DNA of 63,625 nucleotides, filler included, from Octopus bimaculoides (taxonomy: Eukaryota), in NCBI RefSeq assembly GCF_001194135.2. It is 6 parts of 6 records of this genome, joined end to end, with 100 filler letters (N's around TTAATTAATTAA, not from the genome) between each part and the next. Parts side by side here need not be neighbours in the genome. Positions count along the whole stretch, not along the records: positions 46,969 to 54,798 come from NC_069010.1; positions 54,899 to 62,395 come from NC_068996.1; positions 62,496 to 63,625 come from NW_026411450.1; 3 more parts are not named here. One strand, 5' to 3'. Both the position numbers and the translations under genes were made by a program. Below are positions 54,153-63,625 of this stretch, piece after piece. Numbering within the stretch: the first letter of the stretch is position 1; every line of letters begins with the position of its first letter. A model generated the notes under the pieces. That model was given only the letters and a program-made list of their open reading frames with translations, searched no databases and was not told where the DNA came from.

Positions 54153-54280
54153 ATGACCATGCCAAATTAGATTGGAGCCTGGTGTAGCCATCCGGTTGCA
54201 CCAGTCCTCAGTCAAATCGTCCAACCCATGCTAGCATGGAAAGCGGACGTTAAACAATGATGATGATGATGATGATGATG
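54153..54280 (+). mobile_element. RTE-type 3' end with (GAT)n tail, abutting the inverted endonuclease fragment
   Basis: Near-identical to 47240-47355. Confidence 0.88.
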
Positions 54281-54325
54281 ATACATATGCAGATATGTAC
54301 ATACATATATATAAACTTGTCATGA

Positions 54326-54798
54326 ATGACATTCAAAACGAAGCTCATGGTCTATCGGGCTGTTGTCGTATCAACTCTGCTGTATGGGTGTGAAACCTGG
54401 ACTGTTTACCGTGAGGACCTGAAGAAACTAGAGCGCTTCCATCAATCCAAACTTCGCTCTATCCTAGACATCAACTGGGAAGATCACATCACCAATAACT
54501 CTGTGCTTGAAAGATCAGGTCTCCTGAGCATCGAAACCTTGATCATTGAACATCGTCTCCGATGGTCAGGTCACGTCCGTCGGATGAATGAACACCGCCT
54601 TCCCAAGATCTGTCTCTATGGTGAACTGTCTGAAGGAAAACGTCCTCATGGAGCCCCCTTGAGGCGGTACAAGGTCCAACTCAAATCAACCTTGAAAAGC
54701 ACCAACATCGACCCCACACACTGGGAGGATATCTCGGCAAACAGACCCCTCTGGAGACACGCCATCAAAACGGGTTCAGCGGACTTCGAGAAAGCCCG
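54326..54798 (+). pseudogene. RTE-clade LINE ORF C-terminal (post-RT) fragment, open frame running into the gap
   Basis: VYRAVVVSTLLYGCETW..LERFHQSKLRSIL.I.WED.ITN..RLRWSGHV.RM..RLPK..LYGEL..GKR..G. Confidence 0.92.
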
Positions 54799-54898
54799 NN
54801 NNNNNNNNNNNNNNNNNNNNNNNNNNNNNNNNNNNNNNNNNNTTAATTAATTAANNNNNNNNNNNNNNNNNNNNNNNNNNNNNNNNNNNNNNNNNNNN

Positions 54899-55269
54899 AA
54901 ATATTATATTTCTAATTTTGCTGATCAGTGAATAAACTTCACTATGATTTATATAAGTTTGCGAAGGCGAAACGGGCTTCTCTATCCAGTTGGCAAGCTA
55001 CTTCAGGCTGATGACGAGCAAAGACTCAGAAACATGTCCCTGAATGCTGGCTAGGCTGGGTGGAGGAGCTTGTCTCCCCCTCGCAAACTTAAGGACACAG
55101 TAATTGTGTCAAGGCCGACAGGAAGCGGTCCAGCTTCCCAGGGCTAAACGGCAGTAGTGTGTTCCCTTATTGGGATTGTCACATTAAGTTGACAATATAC
55201 TACAACTTTATCGCTCCACTACTGCTTAAATCTCTCTGAGAGATTTAGAAATATTATATTTCTAATTTT
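54899..55269 (+). mobile_element. Candidate retrozyme monomer: 350-nt structured unit with terminal direct repeat and an HHR
   Basis: AAATATTATATTTCTAATTTT at 54899 and 55249 (period 350), HHR at 55002-55044, long rod 54955-55090 and several further hairpins. Confidence 0.7.
55002..55044 (+). ncRNA. Type I hammerhead ribozyme, intact core
   Basis: TTCAGG-CTGATGA-C-GAG-CAAAGA-CTC-A-GAAAC-AT-GTC|CCTGAA: 6-bp stem I, palindromic stem III ACATGT, predicted cleavage after C55038. Confidence 0.88.
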
Positions 55270-55507
55270 TTTTATACGTTATCTACAAAGTATGCAACTT
55301 ACTAAAAACTAAGTGACACGTGACAGCCACTACGCATAGTCTTTATGTAACGTTACACAACGATTGCAGTAAAATATATACCTAACTTGCATGAAAGTCA
55401 TTGATAGTTGCTTTACAGAGAGAAAAGAGGTGGGGAAATGGTTAAGTTTCTTTTTATCATTTCAGGTCAGTGATTCTCGATGACTTTATAATTTACTGAA
55501 AATCAAA

Positions 55508-55585
<78 letters not shown>

Positions 55586-56153
55586 TACTGATGTACTTCA
55601 CATGGAGAGTTTCGAGAATAAAACAAAAGCTAGGTGCTATTTGGTTTGCTGGACTGGTAGTGAAAAAGAAACAAAATAGCCTCAAGTATTATGGCTGAAA
55701 GTCACTAATTAAATGTTAAATGGAAATATGGCAATGTTTCGGTATTAATATATGACGTTAGTCATGAGTGTGTATGAGTGCGAGTGTGTATTTCGCTGTT
55801 CAACACTGTCGGGCAGATGAAACACATTGTCACACACTCATGATGTCAGACTTATCGAAAGGCTGCCGGAAATGTGTTAATTTGATATTCTCTTCGATTA
55901 AAAATTCTCAAGGCCATTCATGATACAACCAATTTATAACGTGTTTATAGAAGTGTGGTAGTATGATTATTATTTTATTTGTAGGCCTTTCAGAGTTACT
56001 TTAACGACTTCATCATTAAAGTTAAAACAAAAGTGTTGCTATTAAAAGAAGTAAAAGCTTTAAGTAAATGAAATTAAAAATAAAATATTCACAAACGAAA
56101 CAACACTGTGTCCCATTTATAGTTACACTGACTGGGGTCTAATCGAGAATTAA

Positions 56154-56371
56154 CCCTTTCATATTTAAATCTGCAATGTCTGGACAAAATATTCTTCCTG
56201 TTTTATGTTCAAACCAGCCAGATTAAGCCTCTCTATCATTCAATATCATTCTAAAACTCGTAATCACATCATCAAAATCTCAAAGCTACAAGACAGATAA
56301 TGCAAGATTAATTCAAAAGAATGTGAATAAATAAGCATTGCATTTGATAGAGTAATCTGAACGCTAAAGGG
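56154..56371. mobile_element. TTAA-flanked (piggyBac-like) MITE
   Basis: TTAA|CCCTTT..AAAGGG|GTAA, non-coding AT-rich interior. Confidence 0.55.
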
Positions 56372-58129
56372 GTAAATATCTTGGCAATAATGTGAATCAT
56401 AAACCTCTCGGTTGGTTGTCTAACAGATCATCCATGCACTTATCACCTTTGATGTGGTAGGTACACCATCTAACTTAATACCACCTTCATCACCACTACC
56501 TGCACCACCACCTTCACCACCACTGTCACCCCCCCCCTGGTCTTTGGATGTTTTAGTGCAGTTAACTATGTCGCAACCATTTGAACCAAGTCCTCTACTC
56601 TGCTCCCCACCACTTCCCCCACTCAGTCCTAGCTTTTCTTTTGGGTGTTCATTCTGGACAGCAACTTCACCAGAAAAGGATATTGGAAACTATCTCTGCC
56701 CTTATAAAGGAGAGTGAGAAAGAGAAAGAGTGAGAAAGAGAAAGAGTGAGAGAGGAAGGGAAAAGAAAGTAAAGACTAACTTCCTTGTTCAAATTTTGTT
56801 AGCATCAATTCTTTACAGGTCGTCTCTGAAATTAGTTATGGTTAAATTAATAATTTAGGAATAAGGAACTCAGTGGGTGGGGGGAGTTTTTTCAAACAGC
56901 TTGTGCTCAGGAGACAAAACGTGAAATTAATGAAAAATTCTGAATTCTTCAGTTTTACCAGCAGTTTTAACCAGTTATTTTCTATTCTACTACAGATGTA
57001 AGTTTTATGAGTGATTTATTCTAAATATCGGTTCACCGAACATCAGTGTAGGGAAGAACAGTTGTTTTCCATGGATGCAAACAATAATCTATAATGATAT
57101 GTGGTGCGGAAGAATATTCTATTCTATTCCATTGAGTACTGTGATGGTGGCGGTGGTGATGCCAGTGGTAGAAACAACAGCAATGGTGGTGGTGGTGGTG
57201 GTGGGGTTTGCGACAGTGATGGCAAAGGCAATCGTGTGGTAGTAGCAGCAGTGATGTTTGTAGTTGTGCTGCTGCTGCTGCTATTGTTGTTGTTGTTGTT
57301 AGTGGTGGTGGTGGTGGTGGTTTAACAAAACTCTTGTAAATTATGTCTTTGTGTCATCAAATTATAAGAGGAGCTACATCTGTTGTTGTTTTTTAACCCT
57401 AGGTCAGCATTAAGTAAGCATACCTATGATCAAAAATACTCCAGCTTTTGTCCATCACATCTTAAATTTAATTTTTTTTTTTTTGCAGACATCTAGAACT
57501 AGATTATTTAATGTGTCCTTTTACTTTTGTCTTTTTTTGTTGTTTGTTTTTGAAGACAGTGTCATGATTTAAAGCAGATTGTGCTGCTATTTCTAACACA
57601 TGAACATCTAAATAAAGTTACCAACCCTCCTCATTAGCTCATATAAACCATAAAATTGAGGCACTTAACACTTCTCATGATTAACAATGCCATACAATAC
57701 CAAACCAGTTATCCAGCAAGCTTGGGACTAGATGTGTCCCAGATTTCTGGATTTTCCAGTTCTCTGGAGACAGTCTAAATATATACTTAAAATATAAAAT
57801 AAGCTATGAAAAATAAAGAGCTAAATCGTATTTAACAGATTCACATTAATACACTTCTAAGGCAAGGCCTGGTCGATATTTATTAATCCACTTAAAAATT
57901 CTTTAAATATATCATACTTATACCTTGTACACTGTATGTTTATAGGAGGTAAATTACATGAAGAAACATAAAGAACATGTTTTTATTTAACATATACAGA
58001 TACAAATTAATATACAATTCTAAAGCAGAATATGTGTAGTCTTTATCAGTCCTTTTGAAAAGGTAAAGAACAAAAATATCTTTAACACACCAGATGCCAG
58101 TTAACCAAATTCAAAAACAGGTTCTGTTT

Positions 58130-58295
58130 ATTTTGAAGCCATGCTGGAGCACCACCTTATAGTCAAAGAAATTGACCCCAGGACTTTGTAAGCCGATCTT
58201 TTTTACTGAACCGCTAAGTTACAGGGATGTATACACACCAACATTGGTTGCCAAGCGATGGTGGTGGGGACACAGACACAAAGACACGCACATAA

Positions 58296-58332
<37 letters not shown>

Positions 58333-58490
58333 CAATGGGCTTCTTTTCAGTTTCCATCTACCAAATCCATTCACAACACTGTGGTTTGCCTGAGGCTATA
58401 ATAGAAGACACTTGCCCATGGTGCCATGTAGTACAACTGAACCTGGAACCATGTGGTTGAGAAGCAAGCTTCTTACCACACAGCCATGCC
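58130..58490 (-). mobile_element. SINE family A, near full length
   Basis: Reverse complement of the 51925-52315 architecture. Confidence 0.88.
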
Positions 58491-58639
58491 TAAAAGTACT
58501 GCACAGTATTTTCAGATTTCTGGAAACTGGACAAGAGGTCTGTTACTGTATTCTGGTATGAAGATGTCATTGAGGGATTTTATGAAACACCTGAAAATAA
58601 TTGTAGAATGTTAAGAGTTTTTAGATATGATTACAGAGG

Positions 58640-58845
58640 ATCAAAGAAAGAAAGAAAGTGTAAATTCATAGACATTGTAATACCATACGATAACAGAAAG
58701 GACATCAAAGACACTGTGAAAATTGAGAAAGATCGGGAACCAACCAGGGAGATGAAAGATTAAGATTTCAATTATTACAATTATTCCTGTGGTGAATGGT
58801 GTAATTGGCACAACACCCAAACTGTTGATGTAATCAAGTCTAGCC
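58640..58845 (+). pseudogene. Older R4/Dong-like endonuclease fragment
   Basis: Plus strand KERKCKFIDIVIPYDNR..KIEK..IPVVNGVIGTTPK parallels 50436-50760. Confidence 0.7.
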
Positions 58846-59124
58846 CTCTTCACTCAAAATTTCCGTCTTTGTGCCTATAATAGGAAGGATTACTNNNNNN
58901 NNNNNNNNNNNNNNNNNNNNNNNNNNNNNNNNNNNNNNNNNNNNNNNNNNNNNNNNNNNNNNNNNNNNNNNNNNNNNNNNNNNNNNNNNNNNNNNNNNNN
59001 NNNNNNNNNNNNNNNNNNNNNNNNNNNNNNNNNNNNNNNNNNNNNNNNNNNNNNNNNNNNNNNNNNNNNNNNNNNNNNNNNNNNNNNNNNNNNNNNATAT
59101 ATATATATATATATATATAATATA

Positions 59125-59450
59125 GCACATGGCTCAGAGGTTAGAGCATCAAGCTTACGATCTTGAGGTTGTGAGTTCGATTCCTGGACCAGACTGCGTG
59201 TTGTGTTCTTGAGCAAGACACTTTATTTCACGTTGCTCCAGTTCACTCAGCTGTAGAAATGAGTTGCGACGTCACAGGTGCCAAGCTGTATCAGACCCTT
59301 TGCCTTTCCCTTGGATAACATCAGTGGTGTGGAGGGGGGAGGCCCATATGCATGGTCTTCCATAAAAACAATCTTGCCCAGACTTGTGCCTCGGAGGGTA
59401 ACTTTCTAGGTGCAATCCCATGGTCATTCATGGCCAAAGGGGGTCTCCTC
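59125..59450 (+). mobile_element. SINE with family D head but a different 3' body
   Basis: TGGCTCAGAGG..GAGTTCGATTCC + CTTGAGCAAGACACTTTATTTCACGTTGCTCCAG, then unrelated sequence. Confidence 0.8.
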
Positions 59451-59560
59451 TTCATTATATATTAATAATGATTTTATTTTCACACAAGCAACAGATGTGG
59501 GAACATTACAGATACAGGTAGTAAAAAAAAAGTCAAGTAACTGAATGAGGGATGACATAC

Positions 59561-59639
59561 CTAGTATGCTAATGGTGACCCCAGAAATAAAAACTGCCAT
59601 TGAGGCACTATCAAAGAACCCTATAAACTGAGGATCGTC
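59561..59639 (-). CDS. Candidate exon, 79 nt: DDPQFIGFFDSASMAVFISGVTISIL (hydrophobic; signal peptide or TM start)
   Basis: Acceptor CTAATTTTCCAG, donor GTATGT, open frame ending in phase 1, internal ATG at 59600. Confidence 0.45.
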
Positions 59640-60389
59640 CTGGAAAATTAGGTAGAAGTGCTCTTTGACAACTGGCTTTCCATTATCTACATGCTCTCAT
59701 GTTAAGAGTGGCTCTATTGAAATTGTTGAAGGAAAGCATTTATACAAGTTTCACCTGACAAAGCCTTTTCTCAATATTTTATGTGTCTACTAAAAGAAAT
59801 GCACAATCACCAGTGCAAATGTGCATACACACACAGAAACATACACATCATCATCATCATAATTTAAGTCATAAACAGCTGGGATTTTGCTGTATGTAAC
59901 ATGAACTGCTGAGCCTATTTTCAGTAAAGATCAACATCGATCTATCACTCGAAAAAAATACTCAGTGTTTCTTAACACCTTCTGTGATTTGGCTACACTG
60001 TTTCTGGGGTGAAAGGGTATCGTGTGCATACATTATATGACATCAAAATTAGGTCAGATCATGCCCTACTTCCGTGGCCACGCACGTGGCCTGTCGCACT
60101 GTCGCGTTGGCCACTGAGGTGGCCTATCGCAGTTTATGGGTTAACATCCATGTTTCTATGCTTGCATAGGTTGGACAAGGTTTTTTTGAGGCAGATTTTC
60201 TATGGCCAAATACCCTTCCTGTTACTAACTCTCATCTGGTACCAAGCTTGAAGTAAGCTAACACTTCCACATGATCAGGAATGTTTTCACAGAAGATTGG
60301 GAGAAAAAGACACTGCATGCATAACAATGACACTCATTTATGACTATCACATGATGTCAAAGCAAGGAGACACACATACACATGTGTGC

Positions 60390-60570
60390 ACGACAGGCTT
60401 CTTTCAGTTTCCATCAATCAAATCCTCTTACAAAGCTTTGGTTGAGAGTTGGTTAATCCAGGGCTATAGTAGAAGACACTTTGTCCGAGGTCCTAAGATG
60501 CCATGCAGTGGGACAGCCTAAAACCATGTGGTTGGGAAACAAACTTCTTACCACACAAGCATGCCTGCAC
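60390..60570 (-). mobile_element. SINE family A, 5' half
   Basis: CGACAGGCTTCTTTCAGTTTCC..TAGAAGACACT..CTTCTTACCACAC. Confidence 0.75.
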
Positions 60571-60913
60571 TTGTTTGGTAATTCATACTGTTGTACTACT
60601 TATGGCAGTCATCTTTCTGGCTGAACCAAGCAAACTAGTTTTTCAAACAGCTAATTAGTATCATCTGTTAATCAGAACTCCTAACAAAAACATCACCATT
60701 TTTCGGTGATGAAATAAGATTTGGACTTAGAATGTACAAGGCTGTGACAGAGGTTGCAATGCATCTCATCCTAGACTCAAACAATTTCAACAACCTTTCT
60801 GATAACCTTGAAAAGTTGATCTCAGCTGGATTTGAACTCAGTATGCAAAGAATCAGAACAAATACCACAAGGCATTCCATCTCACATTCTAAGATTCCTG
60901 CTAGTATTACTGT

Positions 60914-61142
60914 GGAGGCGCAATCGCCCAGTGGTTAGGGTAGCGGATTCGCAGTCATAGAATCGCGGTTTCGATTCCCAGACCAGGCGTTGTGTGTGTT
61001 TATTGAGCGAAAACACCTAAAGCTCCACGAGGCTCCGGCAGGGGATGGTGGCGAACCCTGCTGTACTCTTTCACCACAACTTTCTCTCACTCTTACTTCC
61101 TGTTTCTGTTGTGCCTGTAATTCAAAGGGTCAGCCTTGTCAC
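60914..61142 (+). mobile_element. SINE family C, running into gap
   Basis: Near-identical to 21158-21385. Confidence 0.9.
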
Positions 61143-62184
61143 NNNNNNNNNNNNNNNNNNNNNNNNNNNNNNNNNNNNNNNNNNNNNNNNNNNNNNNNNN
61201 NNNNNNNNNNNNNNNNNNNNNNNNNNNNNNNNNNNNNNNNNNNNNNNNNNNNNNNNNNNNNNNNNNNNNNNNNNNNNNNNNNNNNNNNNNNNNNNNNNNN
61301 NNNNNNNNNNNNNNNNNNNNNNNNNNNNNNNNNNNNNNNNNNNNNNNNNNNNNNNNNNNNNNNNNNNNNNNNNNNNNNNNNNNNNNNNNNNNNNNNNNNN
61401 NNNNNNNNNNNNNNNNNNNNNNNNNNNNNNNNNNNNNNNNNNNNNNNNNNNNNNNNNNNNNNNNNNNNNNNNNNNNNNNNNNNNNNNNNNNNNNNNNNNN
61501 NNNNNNNNNNNNNNNNNNNNNNNNNNNNNNNNNNNNNNNNNNNNNNNNNNNNNNNNNNNNNNNNNNNNNNNNNNNNNNNNNNNNNNNNNNNNNNNNNNNN
61601 NNNNNNNNNNNNNNNNNNNNNNNNNNNNNNNNNNNNNNNNNNNNNNNNNNNNNNNNNNNNNNNNNNNNNNNNNNNNNNNNNNNNNNNNNNNNNNNAGTAA
61701 GGATAGAAATCGATATTGAAAAAAAAAATGTAGTATTTATAAACCTAGTTGATATTTTCCAAAACCTTGTGTATTTTCCTCAGATTTATTCCAAGCATTA
61801 GTTTTTTTTTTTTTAGTTTTGCTTTTAATCATAAAACAATATCATATACAATAATCAATATATTAGAAAATAACATATTGACATAAGAAATATACATGTA
61901 ATAACATATATATTTGTGTGTGTGTGTGTGCATGTAAGTATCTAATAACTTTCTTTGCTTCCCATTTTTGTTGTTATAAATGTTTTTAATACTCATTTTT
62001 ATTATAACACACACACACACACACATACATGTGCATGCTTGACTATACATGTATTTCTGTGTTCATATGAATGTGTATGTATGTACATATTTGTACGTTT
62101 GTCTCCCTGTATAGGTACACACACACACTTATGCGTATGTGTGCTCCATTTCACTCTCTCTCTCTTTCTCACACACACACACAT

Positions 62185-62335
62185 CACTATCATTTAACAT
62201 CTGTCTTCCCTGCTGGCATGGGTTGGATGATTTGACAGGGTCCAACCTAGAGGACTGCTGTGTTGGGCTCCAAAGTCTATTTTGGCATGTTTTTTTTAAT
62301 GGATGGACAGCCTTCCAAACCCCACTCACTTTACA
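62185..62335 (-). mobile_element. Diverged RTE-type 3' end
   Basis: CATTTAACATCTGTCTTCC..GCATGGGTTGGATGATTTGAC. Confidence 0.65.
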
Positions 62336-62495
62336 AAGTATACCAGGAATATACATACAAATACATACATATATATGTATATGTATATATATATANNNNN
62401 NNNNNNNNNNNNNNNNNNNNNNNNNNNNNNNNNNNNNNNTTAATTAATTAANNNNNNNNNNNNNNNNNNNNNNNNNNNNNNNNNNNNNNNNNNNN

Positions 62496-63625
62496 TTGTC
62501 CCCCCAACATTGCTTGACAACCGATGGTGGTGTGTTTACGTCCCAATAGCTTAGCGGTTCGGCAAAAGAGACCGATAGAATAAGTACTAGGCCTACAAAG
62601 AATAAGTCCTGGGGTCTATTTGCTCGACTAAAGGCGGTGCTCTAGCATGGTCGCAGTCAAATGACTGAAACAAGTAAAAGAGTAAAATGAGTAAAAGTGT
62701 AACCCCTCGTATGTGTGCGTGTGCCCGTGTGTGTGTGTGTGTGTGTGTCTGTGTGTGAATGTACGGTGTGTCTTGTGTCCGTTCCCCACCACCGTTTGAC
62801 GACCGGCGTTGGTCTGTTTGCGTTCCGTAACATAACTGATCGGTTAAAGAGGCCGATGAAATAAATACCAGGTTTGAAAAGATAAAGCTTTGAGTCGATT
62901 CGTTCGACTGTAAATTCTTCAAGGCGGTGCACCAGTATGGCCGCAGTCAAATGGCTGAAACAAGATGCAAGATTAAATTGTAATTGTATTTGAGGAAAGT
63001 GGCTATTAATTCTACTTACATTGTTGAACGAAAGTACTTCCGGTTGCTGCTAAGCGGTAATGTGACTAAATTTGGATACCATCTTTGGTTTCATTACTGA
63101 ACTGATTCTAAAAAAAAATCAAAATGGCTCAGGAGTGGCTGTGTGGTAAGAAGCTTGTTTCCCATCCACTTGGTTCCGGGTTCAGTCCGACTACACGACA
63201 CGTTAAGCAAACGTCTTCAACTATGACCTTGGGCTTACCAAAACCTTGTGAGTGGATTTGGTAGACGGAAACTGAAGCAATACCGTCGTATATATGTATA
63301 TATAAAGGCGCAGGAATGGCTGTTTGGTCAGAAGCTTGCTTCCCAACCGCTTGGTTCCGGGTTCAGTGCTACAGCGTGGCACCTTGGGCAAATGTCTTCT
63401 ATTATAGCCTCTGGACGCCCCCTGTGAATTAGCGGATCGGCAAGATAAACGATGGAATAAGAACCAGGACTAAGTCCTGGGATCGATTCATTCATTCAAC
63501 TAAAAATTCAAGGTGGTGCCCCAGCATGGCCATATTCTCAACCATGTTTTTACAAATAATAGACAGAGGAGTGGCAGGCGTAGGAGTGACTGTGTAGTAA
63601 GTAGCTTGCTTACCAACCACATGGT
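62496..63625 (+). mobile_element. Cluster of five co-oriented SINE family A pieces
   Basis: 3' halves ~62496-62690 and ~62770-62965, 5' half ~63126-63300, deleted copy ~63306-63530, head from ~63585. Confidence 0.85.

Noticed and set aside
55100-55165. GGCTAA motif suggesting an HDV-like ribozyme in the 350-nt unit
   Set aside because: I could not assemble P1/P2/P3/P1.1 pairings by eye. An RNArobo/Infernal search would be needed.
58641-58853. Hydrophobic minus-strand ORF resembling a membrane protein
   Set aside because: It is the antisense shadow of the R4/Dong-like endonuclease fragment on the plus strand.

Overview
Eukaryotic, repeat-dense, gap-riddled genomic DNA, most likely from an Octopus assembly. 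This is inferred from the tRNA-derived SINE families, the microsatellite load and the 100-N gaps carrying a TTAATTAATTAA filler. No intact long ORF is present. The window holds two decayed Helitrons arranged tail-to-tail (1-4900), a decayed Penelope-like element (RT + Cys-rich linker + GIY-YIG, 8602-10385), mariner and maT (DD37D) remnants, MITEs, RTE and R4/Dong-like LINE fragments and dozens of SINE copies. On the minus strand (about 49.7-59.6 kb) there are short phase-1 exons of a probable host gene with a Thr-rich, mucin-like region. The main hidden signal is a set of at least 7 type I hammerhead ribozyme (HHR) motifs in several unrelated short elements. The best is a 350-nt, terminally redundant, almost fully base-paired unit (54899-55269) with an intact HHR at the tip of a long rod rich in G-U pairs, a candidate cephalopod retrozyme or circular RNA. 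SINE and TE boundaries are approximate (about +/-20 nt). Splice, HHR and TSD coordinates were read base by base. All folds were paired by eye and not computed.
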